Positions 37,018 through 46,470 of a stretch of DNA of 64,000 bases are shown piece after piece. The notes beneath the pieces were generated by a model. That model was given only the letters and a program-made list of their open reading frames with translations. It did not search any database and had not been told where the DNA came from. Within the stretch, counting starts at the first letter, position 1. Each line of letters starts with the position of its first letter. This DNA is from an uncultured Verrucomicrobiae bacterium. Its GTDB lineage: Bacteria > Chlamydiota > Chlamydiia > Chlamydiales > Rhabdochlamydiaceae. The stretch is from positions 1,120,001 through 1,184,000 of the forward strand of contig CAWDYW010000001.1 of the NCBI GenBank assembly GCA_963806855.1, in the 5' to 3' direction. A program made the position numbers and the translations under genes.

Positions 37018-38015
37018 AAAGGGATACGGGTCTGCGGCTGCAGATCTAGGGGGTCGCTCACGCCATTAAAACGGACAAATCCAAGCCCGGCAATCATCGC
37101 CCCATTGTCTAGACTCAAGCCCCCTTTCGGCCAATAAACGGGGATATCGGCCTTCAGTAGTTCTCGCAGTCTCCGGTTGTTGCTCACCCCGCCGCCGACA
37201 TAGATCGCCCGGCAGTTAAAGGTCTTGGCAGCCAGCAGCGCCTTTGCCGCAATATCGCCAAGCGCCGTCTCTTGGAAGCTGGCGGCGACGTGACATTTTT
37301 CCTCTTGGCTAATCGCATTTGCCCCCTGTTTTACCCCATTTTGCCCTTTTACGGTGTAGAGGACGTTGGTTTTGAGACCGCTGAAAGAAAAGTCCCACGG
37401 TTGCCCCTTTACTTTTCCAGCTTTATAGGGGAAACGACGGGGATCGCCCATTTTGGCCAAGGCCTCGACTTCCGGGCCGCCTGGATAGGATAGGCCGAGC
37501 AGGGTCGCCACTTTATCAAAGGCCTCGCCCACAGCATCGTCGACAGTGGTGCCGATCATTTCATATTGGCCCACTTCTAGAATCTTGGCGATAAAGGTGT
37601 GGCCGCCCGAGACGACAAGGCCCAAAGCGGGGAACTCAAAGGCCTGATTTGACATCATGGCAGCATAGAGGTGGGCCTCCACATGGTTGACCCCAATAAA
37701 GGGCTTTTCCCAGGCCAAAGAGAGGGCCTTGGCTGCATTGAGGCCGATCAGCAGCGGCCCGATCAGCCCCGGCCCCTTGGCGACGGCGATCAGGTCGATC
37801 TGCTGGGGGACGACCTTGGCAGTCTCCAAGGCCTCTTGAATCGTCGGAATGACCATGTCGACATGTTGCCGGGCCGCCATTTCAGGGAAAACCCCGCCAA
37901 ATTTCCGATGGAAAGGGCTTTGCGAGGCGATCACGTTCGAAAGGATCGTGATCCCATCCTCGACCACCGCGACAGCAGTCTCATCACAGGTTGTTTCTAT
38001 TCCTAAAGTCAGCAT
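37014..38015 (-). CDS. tsaD: tRNA t6A synthesis protein TsaD
   Basis: LGIETTCDET, GPGL, NHVEAH, VSGGHT, DDAVGEAFDK, FSFSGLKT, DNGAMI; start MLTLG at 38015. Confidence 0.96.
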   Translation of the reverse strand: MLTLGIETTCDETAVAVVEDGITILSNVIASQSPFHRKFGGVFPEMAARQHVDMVIPTIQEALETAKVVPQQIDLIAVAKGPGLIGPLLIGLNAAKALSLAWEKPFIGVNHVEAHLYAAMMSNQAFEFPALGLVVSGGHTFIAKILEVGQYEMIGTTVDDAVGEAFDKVATLLGLSYPGGPEVEALAKMGDPRRFPYKAGKVKGQPWDFSFSGLKTNVLYTVKGQNGVKQGANAISQEEKCHVAASFQETALGDIAAKALLAAKTFNCRAIYVGGGVSNNRRLRELLKADIPVYWPKGGLSLDNGAMIAGLGFVRFNGVSDPLDLQPQTRIPF

Positions 38016-38030
38016 GGGTTTCCAGTATAG

Positions 38031-38063
38031 CAAAAAAAACATGGGAGGAAACTCCCATGTTTT
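38031..38063 (-). terminator. Intrinsic terminator of array cassette 1
   Basis: aaaacatgggag-gaaa-ctcccatgtttt with an A run on the left. Confidence 0.85.
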
Positions 38064-38086
38064 AGTTTTGAAGGTTGAGTTGAGGA

Positions 38087-38848
38087 TTAAGGATTTAATC
38101 CAAGGATTTCAAAGCACCCTTGCTGAATTTTGGTAGCATTAAAATGCATCAAGTCTGGCCATACACCATCTCTAAGATCTTGTGCTAGATCCGCACAGCC
38201 TTTTCTGAGCTGTACCACTTCATCCATTATTTTCTTGTTTGCTTCTTGTATTAAGCTTTTTTCATAGGGGTTGAGTTCAACAGGTGTTTCTTTAAGGTAA
38301 AATGCAGGTTCTCTATTTAGAAAAAGTGACCAGCTAGTATCCTCTTTTGAAAAGGCGCTTAGGATATCTTTGCGGAAATAGGCTGCTGTGCAAAGTGCAG
38401 CGGCTCCGAGGACGAAGAAGGCGATTCTCCCTTTGTTCTCTAGCGCAATTTCCCCCCAACCTTTAGCAGGTGCAACAACTTCTGGTGGGGTTCTAGGTGT
38501 TTTGATCTCTTGTTTGTTTTCAGCCTCGATTTGTGTTGAATAGCCAAAGACCCCTTTAAAGGCTTCAATAGTCGCATGTCCGGCTAATGCTGTTGAATCC
38601 TTTAAATTATTGAAGGGCGCATCTGTAATTGGATAAAGCAGAACTGAAAGAGCTGTCAATGTCGCTTTGACGATTGTTTCAACAGTTGCTAAAAGTCCAA
38701 GAGCAGTGTTGGTCGGAATTCTAACCACAACTTTTCCAGCCGACATCAAGAATCCGTCTGTTTCTTTGTTGATAGTGAACGTATTTTGAACTGCGTTGAC
38801 AGAACGAGCCATTGTCCATTTGTCTTCAGGAGTTAGTAGTACAGGCAT
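38087..38848 (-). CDS. Inc-like membrane protein, tandem paralog 1
   Basis: Hydrophobic blocks LGLLATVETIVKATLTALSVLLYPI and IAFFVLGAAALCTAAYF shared with paralogs 2 and 3. Confidence 0.75.
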   Translation of the reverse strand: MPVLLTPEDKWTMARSVNAVQNTFTINKETDGFLMSAGKVVVRIPTNTALGLLATVETIVKATLTALSVLLYPITDAPFNNLKDSTALAGHATIEAFKGVFGYSTQIEAENKQEIKTPRTPPEVVAPAKGWGEIALENKGRIAFFVLGAAALCTAAYFRKDILSAFSKEDTSWSLFLNREPAFYLKETPVELNPYEKSLIQEANKKIMDEVVQLRKGCADLAQDLRDGVWPDLMHFNATKIQQGCFEILGLNP

Positions 38849-38876
38849 ATTATTACCTCTTGTTTATGTTCTTAAT

Positions 38877-38905
38877 ATGATAACAAATTAAATGATAATT
38901 TGTAA
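38877..38905 (-). promoter_or_regulatory. Sigma66/70-type promoter of paralog 1
   Basis: TTACAA-17 bp-TATCAT with TGn extension; conserved at 39757..39785 and 41584..41612. Confidence 0.6.
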
Positions 38906-38931
38906 GATATAATATATTTTTTTATTAAAAT

Positions 38932-38962
38932 AAAAAAACATGGGAGAAAACTCCCATGTTTT
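38932..38962 (-). terminator. Intrinsic terminator of array cassette 2
   Basis: aaaacatgggag-aaaa-ctcccatgtttt. Confidence 0.85.
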
Positions 38963-38984
38963 AGTTTGAAGCTTAAGTCGAGGA

Positions 38985-39722
38985 TTAAGGCTTTAATCCA
39001 AAGGTTTCAAAGCACTCTTGCTCAAATTGGGTAGCATTAAAATGCATCAAGTCTGGCCAGACACCATCTCTAAGAGCTTGAGCTGTATCCGCACAGCCTT
39101 TTCTGAGCTGCACCACTTCATCCATTATTTTTTTCGAAGCGTCACGGATATATTGTTGTTCTAGAGTGAGTTTTCTAACAACATCCTCAGGCTTGCTATT
39201 GTCCACTCTTGAAAAGGCGCTTAGGATATCTTTGCGGAAATAGGCTGCTGTGCAGAGTGCAGCTGCTCCGAGGACGAAGAAGGCGATTCTCCCTTTGTTC
39301 TCTAGCGCAATTTCCTTCCAACCTTTAACAGGTGCACCTTTTGGTGGGGTTGTAGTTGGTCGGGTTGTAGGTGCTTTGATCTCTTTTTTGCTTTCAGCCT
39401 CGGTTTGTGTTGAATAGCCAAAGACTCCTTTAAAGGCTTCAATAGTCGCACGTCCGGCTAAGGCTGTTGAATCCTTTAAATTATTGAAGGGTGCATCTGT
39501 AATTGGATAAAGCAGTGCTGAAAGAGCTGTCAATGTCGCTTTGACGATTGTTTCAACAGTTGCTAAAAGTCCAAGAGCAGTGTTGGTCGGAATTCTAGCG
39601 ACAACTTTTGCAGACGACTTCCAGAATCCGTCTGTTTCTTTGTTGACAGTGAATGTATTTTGAACTGCGTTGACAGGACGAGCCATTGTCCATTTGTCTT
39701 CAGGTGTTAGTAGTACAGGCAT
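38985..39722 (-). CDS. Inc-like membrane protein, tandem paralog 2
   Basis: Near-identical to paralog 1 except a central segment after the second hydrophobic block. Confidence 0.75.
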   Translation of the reverse strand: MPVLLTPEDKWTMARPVNAVQNTFTVNKETDGFWKSSAKVVARIPTNTALGLLATVETIVKATLTALSALLYPITDAPFNNLKDSTALAGRATIEAFKGVFGYSTQTEAESKKEIKAPTTRPTTTPPKGAPVKGWKEIALENKGRIAFFVLGAAALCTAAYFRKDILSAFSRVDNSKPEDVVRKLTLEQQYIRDASKKIMDEVVQLRKGCADTAQALRDGVWPDLMHFNATQFEQECFETFGLKP

Positions 39723-39756
39723 ATTATTATCCCTTGGTTATGTTTATGTGCTTAAT

Positions 39757-39785
39757 ATGATAACAAATTTAATGATAATTTGTAA
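39757..39785 (-). promoter_or_regulatory. Sigma66/70-type promoter of paralog 2
   Basis: TTACAA-17 bp-TATCAT. Confidence 0.6.
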
Positions 39786-39867
39786 GATGTAATTAATTTT
39801 TTATTAAAAAATAAAAAGCATGAGGAATAATTACTCTAATGCATAATTTGATCTTTAATTAAATAGC

Positions 39868-39898
39868 AAAAAAACATGGGAGAAAACTCCCATGTTTT
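39868..39898 (-). terminator. Intrinsic terminator of array cassette 3
   Basis: aaaacatgggag-aaaa-ctcccatgtttt. Confidence 0.8.
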
Positions 39899-39980
39899 AG
39901 TTTTTGTGTGGTTTTGAGAAGAAGATTAAGTGTCTGCTGTATAGTTATTTTCGAACTCCAATTCTTCAGCGCCCAATTGT

Positions 39981-41549
39981 TTATTTACTGTTGATTTTTT
40001 TTGTGTAGCAGCCATAAAAAGGTGTACAAAAAGTTTCATCGGATGCTTCAGGTTTTTTAGGCCCTGACGAAAGAGGTTTGCTTTTGTCCACTGTAGGTAC
40101 GACGACGGTTGAGGAGTTAGTGGAATTTGCTTTGCCCAATTGTTTATTTACTGTTTGATTGAAGCTTCCGACGGTTGAGGAGTTAGTGGAATTTGCTTTG
40201 CCCAATTGTTTATTTACTGTTTGATTTAAGTTTCCGACGGTTGAGGAGTTAGTGGAATTTGCTTTGACCAATTGTGTATTTACTGTTTGATTTAAGCTTC
40301 CGACGGTTGAGGAGTTAGTGGAATTTGCTTTGCCCAATTGTTCCTTTACTGTTTGATTTAAGCTTCCGACGGTTGAGGAGTTAGTGGAATTTGCTTTGCC
40401 CAATTGTGTATTTACTGTTTGATTTAAGCTTCCGAAGGTTGAGGAGTTAGTGGAATTTGCTTTGCCCAATTGTGTATTTACTGTTTGATTTAAGCTTCCG
40501 AAGGTTGAGGAGTTAGTGGAATTTGCTTTGCCCAATTGTTCATTTACTATTTGATTTAAGCTTCCGACGGTTGAGGAGTTAGTGGAATTTGCTTTGCCCA
40601 ATTGTGTATTTACTGTTTGATTTAAGCTTCCGAAGGTTGAGGAGTTAGTGGAATTTGCTTTGCCCAATTGTTCATTTACTATTTGATTTAAGCTTCCGAC
40701 GGTTGAGGAGTTAGTGGAATTTGCTTTGCCCAATTGTTCATTTACTATTTGATTTAAGCTTCCGACGGTTGAGGAGTTAGTGGAATTTGCTTTGCCCAAT
40801 TGTTCATTTACTATTTGATTTAAGCTTCCGACGGTTGAGGAGTTAGTGGAATTTGCTTTGCCCAATTGTTCCTTTACTGTTTGATTTAAGCTTCCGACGG
40901 TTGAGAGGTCAGTGAAAGTTGCCTTGTATATTTGAGGAGTTTCAGGCGAAAGAGTTTTGGGATTGGGCACTTTAGATACGTCGGGTGAGAAGAAAGTGGA
41001 ATTTACAGCGCATACTTGAGGAGATTCAGAGTCAAATTGAGGTTTTTCATGGGGGAAGCAAACATTGGGATTGGGCACTTTTGAGAAGGCGCTTAGGATA
41101 TCTTTGCGGAAATAGACTGCTGTGCAGAGTGCAGCCGCTCCGAGGACGAAGAAGGCGATTTTCCATTTGTTCTCTAGTGCAATTTCCCCCCAACCTTTAG
41201 CAGGTGCTGGTGTGGTTGTAGGTGTTTCGATCTCTTTTTTGCTTTCAACTTCGATTTGTTCTGAATAGCCAAAGACCCCTTTAAAGGCTTCAATAGTCGC
41301 TCGTCCGGCTAATGCTGTTGAATCCTTTAAATTATTGAAGGGCATATCTGTAATTGGATAAAGCAGCGCTGAAAGAGCTGTCAATGTTGCTTTGACGATT
41401 GTTTCAACAGTTGCTAAAAGTCCAAGAGCAGTGTTGGTCGGAATTCTGGCCACAACTTTTGCAGCGGATTTCCAGATTTGATCTGTTTCTCGGTTGATTG
41501 TGAACGTACTTTGAGCTGCGTTGATAGGACTAGCCATTAGTGTGGGCAT
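39981..41549 (-). CDS. Inc-like membrane protein, tandem paralog 3, with N/S/T-rich repeat tail
   Basis: Same N-terminal ~155 aa as paralogs 1 and 2, then 12 x 22-aa repeats and a Cys-containing end (FCTPFYGCY). Confidence 0.8.
   Translation of the reverse strand: MPTLMASPINAAQSTFTINRETDQIWKSAAKVVARIPTNTALGLLATVETIVKATLTALSALLYPITDMPFNNLKDSTALAGRATIEAFKGVFGYSEQIEVESKKEIETPTTTPAPAKGWGEIALENKWKIAFFVLGAAALCTAVYFRKDILSAFSKVPNPNVCFPHEKPQFDSESPQVCAVNSTFFSPDVSKVPNPKTLSPETPQIYKATFTDLSTVGSLNQTVKEQLGKANSTNSSTVGSLNQIVNEQLGKANSTNSSTVGSLNQIVNEQLGKANSTNSSTVGSLNQIVNEQLGKANSTNSSTFGSLNQTVNTQLGKANSTNSSTVGSLNQIVNEQLGKANSTNSSTFGSLNQTVNTQLGKANSTNSSTFGSLNQTVNTQLGKANSTNSSTVGSLNQTVKEQLGKANSTNSSTVGSLNQTVNTQLVKANSTNSSTVGNLNQTVNKQLGKANSTNSSTVGSFNQTVNKQLGKANSTNSSTVVVPTVDKSKPLSSGPKKPEASDETFCTPFYGCYTKKINSK
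40104..40905. repeat. 66-bp coding tandem repeat, 12 units
   Basis: ga(c/a)ggttgag recurs every 66 bp from 40104 to 40896; encodes GKANSTNSST(V/F)GSLNQ(T/I)VNxQL. Confidence 0.97.
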
Positions 41550-41583
41550 ATTATTACCTCTTGGTTATTTTTATATGATTAAT

Positions 41584-41612
41584 ATAGTATCAAGTTTCGA
41601 TATAATTTGTAA
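41584..41612 (-). promoter_or_regulatory. Sigma66/70-type promoter of paralog 3
   Basis: TTACAA-17 bp-TACTAT. Confidence 0.6.
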
Positions 41613-41638
41613 GATGTAATTAATTTTTTATTAAAATA

Positions 41639-41669
41639 AAAAGCATGAGAGGAAAATCCTCTCATGCTT
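41639..41669 (-). terminator. Intrinsic terminator of array cassette 4
   Basis: aagcatgagagga-aaa-tcctctcatgctt. Confidence 0.8.
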
Positions 41670-41694
41670 AATTTAATCTTTAATCTAAAGATTT

Positions 41695-42501
41695 TTATAC
41701 TGTTGAGCTGTTTGTGCTATTTGTTGCGTTTACGAATGGCTCAACAATTGTGCTGTTTGTTGAATTAGTAGGACGGAAGTAATCTAGAACAGCTGAATTT
41801 GCATTCATGATTTTGCCGCCTACAAAAAGAGTAGCATCTTTAACACCTGTAACGGTGGCGCTAGCTGCATTGTAACTGCGATTGTATGCGTCTACTGTCT
41901 TGTCTGCTGCGTCTGAACCAAATGTAGCGACGCCAGCTTTTGAACCTTCCCAAAGAGCTTTAGCTGCTGGGATACCAACAAAGTAAGCAAGTGCTAGGCC
42001 GAGACCGATTTTAAATTTGTGATTAGAAGCGAATTGAGCCGCTGGACCTTTGTTAGTCCAAACGTAGTTAGCAGCAGCTTTAGAAGCTGCCCAAGCTCTT
42101 TGTGCTCTTGTAGGTGTTGGAACTACAGGAGTCGGTGTTGGAGCTGGAGCGTCTTTTTTCTCTTGAACTGATGCATAACCTAATGTCCCTTTGAGAGACT
42201 CTACAACTGCGCGACCGGCTAATTTAGTCGATGCTGCAAAGTAGCTAACAGGTTTGTCGGTGACAGGATAAAGAATAGATGTAACAGCTGTGAGAATAGC
42301 TCTAACAACTGTTTCAAGTGTAGCTAGTGCAGCAAGAGTCAGATTAACTGGAACTCTTGTGACAACTTTCAATCCATCTTTCATGAATCCATCAGTTCTT
42401 TTTCCATCTTCGTCTCTATTAACTGTAAAAGCGGTTTGTGCGCTATTTACGACAGAGGCGACGCTAAAACGTGTGTCTTGATCTGTAAATTGTACTGGCA
42501 T
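41695..42501 (-). CDS. Inc-like membrane protein, diverged tandem paralog 4
   Basis: VNSAQTAFTVN, RVPVNLTLAALATLETVVRAILTAVTSILYPVTD, LAGRA.VE..KG..GY; tail NSTNST...NATNSTNSSTV. Confidence 0.75.
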   Translation of the reverse strand: MPVQFTDQDTRFSVASVVNSAQTAFTVNRDEDGKRTDGFMKDGLKVVTRVPVNLTLAALATLETVVRAILTAVTSILYPVTDKPVSYFAASTKLAGRAVVESLKGTLGYASVQEKKDAPAPTPTPVVPTPTRAQRAWAASKAAANYVWTNKGPAAQFASNHKFKIGLGLALAYFVGIPAAKALWEGSKAGVATFGSDAADKTVDAYNRSYNAASATVTGVKDATLFVGGKIMNANSAVLDYFRPTNSTNSTIVEPFVNATNSTNSSTV

Positions 42502-42635
42502 TTTATCTCCTTGGTATAAGAATTATTAAGCTTTTTTAATAACTCGTGGTTATTTTATAAAGCAATACGGAGATATTAGCAAATTCAGATTTAATACGTC
42601 AATTATTAAAAGTTATTTATGTGTTAGTTAAATTT

Positions 42636-43400
42636 TTATAATATGGATAGGTTAGAGGCAGCTTGCTCGTCGAGGATCCAAAGAGCTTTGCTCTCTTTGG
42701 TGCCGATCAGCTGGATGGGATATCGTTCAAATTGTTCTTCTGACTGAAAGACTTCTTTGACGGTTTGTTTTTTTGCAGCTCCAATTACGTAGATCACGAT
42801 ATTTTGGGCATGGTTGATGGCTTCATAGGTAAGGGTCATGCGCCAAGTGTTTTTTTGAGGAACGAAATTGGCGACGACAAGTCGATTTTTCACTTTTAAT
42901 GCTGCAGTTTGGGGAAAGAGCGACGCGGTGTGTCCATCTTCTCCCATCCCTAAAATAACCAAATCGAGCGGTCGATCATGCAAAGCGGCTTTGAGGGTCG
43001 ATTCATAGGAGAGGGCATTAATTTCAATTTTTTCTTCGGCTTTCATCCGAAAAATTTGTTCTTTAGGGATAGGCATCTTGGCAAAGCCGGCGTCCATCGC
43101 CATCTTGAAGTTGCTCTCCGGATCGGTCGGAGGGACGCTCCGTTCATCGCCCCAGAAAAGCCACACTTTTTTCCAGTCGATTTTGTCATCATAGGGGGGC
43201 GCGGTGAGGAGTTTGAAGACGGTTTTGGGGGTACTCCCTCCCGAAAGGGCGACATAAAATGCGCCGTGGTCTTCGATGGCACGCCGGCAGGTAGTGATGA
43301 AATGGCGGACGCAGACGTCGATGGCGGCAGCTTCATCGCCTGGAATGAGGAGATCGCGCCTCTCGTCCCAAGAATGGATTTTTAGGCTCTCAATCTTCAC
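42636..43400 (-). CDS. pgl: 6-phosphogluconolactonase
   Basis: ALSGGSTP, FWGDERSVP....SN, LGMGEDGHTASLFP, RMTLT. Confidence 0.95.
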   Translation of the reverse strand: MKIESLKIHSWDERRDLLIPGDEAAAIDVCVRHFITTCRRAIEDHGAFYVALSGGSTPKTVFKLLTAPPYDDKIDWKKVWLFWGDERSVPPTDPESNFKMAMDAGFAKMPIPKEQIFRMKAEEKIEINALSYESTLKAALHDRPLDLVILGMGEDGHTASLFPQTAALKVKNRLVVANFVPQKNTWRMTLTYEAINHAQNIVIYVIGAAKKQTVKEVFQSEEQFERYPIQLIGTKESKALWILDEQAASNLSIL

Positions 43401-44474
43401 TTTAGCTGGACTCCTTGGATCTGCTGGAGCAGATGGATGTAGTGGCTGCTTGTCCCTCTATGGCATATCTCTTTGACTAAAGATTGGCCAGCTTCATCTT
43501 TGGGGAAGAGGTACAGCAGGGGAATGTCACATTTTTCAAGGGTCGAAAAACGCATGTGGACCCGGTGAGGTGTTTCGAGGTCACCGGCCGAATGAGAAAT
43601 GGCACTGTTCATCCGTGTGCAGGTCGACCGATAGGATGGCCCCCCCTTTTAACGTTTTATGCTTTTCGGGATAGAGGTTGATCACCACTTTGCCATTTTG
43701 CCGCTGATAAGTGAGGGAAATTTTCCCATTGTCGCGGTCGATTTTTTCCAGTTTCCAATTCAATTGGGTGGCTAGCCAGCCCTGAAGAAGGAGGGCTTGG
43801 ACATCGATTTGGCTTGGGAAAGGGGGCTGCTCGGCATTGTAGACGATTTCGATTTGGCTACAGCGCTGGAGATGAGTCAGCCGCTCCTCTGTATAGAAGG
43901 TTGAGGCGAGCAATTTGCGCCAGTTTTCCGTTCTGGCCCAGTTGAGGTCGCCGATGTCGAATTTATATTGGTTCTCTAGGGCGATGAGTGTTTTTGCAAA
44001 TTGGGAAAGGTTTAGGGCCCCTTCAGAGTCGAAAATCATCCGGGTGGCCAATGCCTTAAGTTCGGCAAAGAGGGGAGTTTGGAGTGCGGGGTCTTCGGCC
44101 CAGATGACATAGATGGGCAGATCAGGAAGGATGTGAGGCAAAATGACGAAGGGAACTCGCTCTTCGAGCTTCCCGGCTACTTCGATTTCGATAAAGTCGC
44201 AGACGGCCCCTTCATCGCCGATCTGTTGAACCGAGACCTGACTCCTGAGATACTCGGCCCCTTTGTCTGTATCGGAAATAATCATGATCACGCGCGAGGG
44301 AAATTTCTCGATCACTTTCTGCGAAATCGTTTTGATATAGTTCGCGCGACCAGTTTTTTTGGTGAAAAAGATCAGATTAAATAGGGAAGCGCGGATTTTG
44401 TTGCTTCCTTCGAGAGAATCCCAAATGCTGGCGAGCTGGGCTTCGATCGTAGCAGTCATTAGAGGAGTCTCCAT
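43397..44474 (-). CDS. opcA: OpcA-like G6PD assembly protein, one apparent +1 frameshift near 43585
   Basis: Lies between zwf and pgl; P.RVI, LPDLPIY.IW, R.IFDS, DLNWAR...WR. ORFs 43581..44474 and 43397..43612 join on removing one base (FGR-DLETP). Confidence 0.75.
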
Positions 44475-46003
44475 TTGCGGCCATCTCTGGCGATCATCTG
44501 TTCCGACTCCTCGGGACCCCAGGTGCCAGAAGCATAGTTGGGGAATTTCTCTGGCGCCGTTTTACTCCAATAGTTCAAGAGGGGAGTGAAGAGGGTCCAT
44601 GAGCTGAATACCTCATCTTCGCGGGCAAACAAGGTGTTGTCGCCTGCCATGCAGTCGAGAATGAGCCGTTCATAGGCCTCTGGAGGGGATGTTCCAAAAT
44701 AGGAGCCATAGCGGAAGTCCATTTTCACCGGTTGAATCGGGACTGGCAGGCCCGGGCACTTTACAGTTGATTTTGAGCGAGGTCCCTTCATCGGGTTGGA
44801 TCCGGATCGCAAGGACATTGGGTTCATTATTGTTCCTGTTTTGTTGAAAGAGGACTGCCAGGGGGATCTTTGAAATAATCGCGATCTCAGTAGGCTCGTT
44901 TGGGAAGGCGTTTGCCGCTGCGAAAATAGAAGGGGACTCCATCCCATCGCCAATTATCGATATAACAGACGCATGGCGACAAAGGTCTCGACATTGGATG
45001 TTGGGGTTGACATTGGCTCTTCCCGATAGCCGTGCACCGGCTCGCCATTGATAAAGCCATGCCCATATTGTCCCCGGATGACAGAAGTTTTGAAGTCCTG
45101 CTTCGGTAAAGGGGCGAAGTGCTTCAAGGACTTTGACTTTTTCATCGCGGATTGCATTGGCGCTGAGGTTGACCGGCGGTTCCATCGCGACAAGCGACAG
45201 GAGCTGCATCATGTGGTTTTGGACAATATCGCGGAGAAGGCCGGCCTCTTCCCAAAATGCCCCGCTGGTGCCAATGCCGATCTCTTCGGCCACAGTGATC
45301 TGCACATGGTCGATATAGCGATTATTCCAGAGCGATTCGAAAAGCGAGTTGGCAAAACGGAAGACCAACAGGTATTCTGCACGGTCTCTTTCCCTAGATA
45401 ATGGTCGATACGGTAGATCTGCGTCTTCCATGAATATTGAGAAGTTCATCTTGCAGAGCATGTGCGGAATCCAAATCGTGTCCAAATGGCTTTTCGATGA
45501 TCACGCGCGACCATTTGTCTTTGACGTCCTGGCATCGTAAATAAGCCCTGCCTTATGGAGCTTTTCGGCGATTGTGGTGAAGAAGCTCGGTTGGGTCGAA
45601 AGGTAGAAGACCCGGTTGCCTTTGGTTCCAATACGTGCCATCCGAGTCTCGGCCAAAAATTTCTGAAGTGCCAGGTAGCCTTCGTCGTCGTGAAATTCTG
45701 ATTCGTGATAGAAAATGTGCTGTTCGAAAATTGCTTCCAGACTGCTTCGTCGACAGGCTTCACTCTTGAGAATTTGTTGATCGCATCTTTCATCTCCTGG
45801 CGGAATTGCTCGTGCGTCTTGTCACGGCGAGCGAATCCGACCACAGCAAACTGGCTTGGAAGCTGTCCTTCGCGGGCTAAGTTGTAGATAGCCGGTAAAA
45901 GCTTGCGGGCTGTTAGATCGCCAGTTGCACCAAAAATCACTAGGATGCACGGATCGATGAAGCGGGTGGAAATTCCTGGTTCTTCAAGTGGATGGGAAGC
46001 CAT
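44459..46003 (-). pseudogene. zwf: Glucose-6-phosphate dehydrogenase with several frameshifts (likely sequence errors)
   Basis: Motifs in shifting frames: [58 protein letters not shown]. Confidence 0.85.
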
Positions 46004-46045
46004 AAAGTCCTTTTTGTGCTCAAGCAACTATGAAAGCACGACAAT

Positions 46046-46467
46046 TTATTTGTTGCAAGGGCTATCGAGGTAATTTTGCAAAATCACTCCAGCTGCCATC
46101 GCATCGATGTATTGAGTCCGCTTTTTGCGACTCATCTCGGCCTCTTTCAGCGTTCGTTCCACTTGTGCAGTGGTGAGCCGTTCGTCCCACAAAACGACCT
46201 TCTTCCCCGACAGCTCCTCTAGAATCAGGGCTAGCTCGCGCACCACCTTCGATCCGGGCTCTCTTTTCCGCTCATCATCAGCGGCAATCCGAGAACGATC
46301 GTTTCGAGGGGTTCAAAAGGTGCAAATTCCAATAAAATGGCTGCAGCAGTATCGCGGAGCTTCTTTTTGGTGGGGATGGCTTTTAAGGGAGATGCGAGGA
46401 ATTTTCCCGGATCTGACATGGCCAGTCCGATGCGTGCAGTGCCGTAGTCGATCCCTCCAATTCTCAT
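46046..46467 (-). CDS. yqgF: YqgF/RuvX-family nuclease, one apparent -1 frameshift near 46255
   Basis: GIDYGTARIGLAMSD, VLGLP, WDERLTT, IDAMAA.VILQ.YLD across two ORFs. Confidence 0.85.
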
Positions 46468-46470
46468 TTA

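Noticed and set aside
40104..40905. Possible CRISPR array
   Set aside because: Units are contiguous 66-bp in-frame coding repeats with no unique spacers, and no cas genes are present.
44459..46003. Programmed frameshifting or split-gene zwf
   Set aside because: Too many shifts, not at consistent slippery sites, and neighbouring genes show the same indels.
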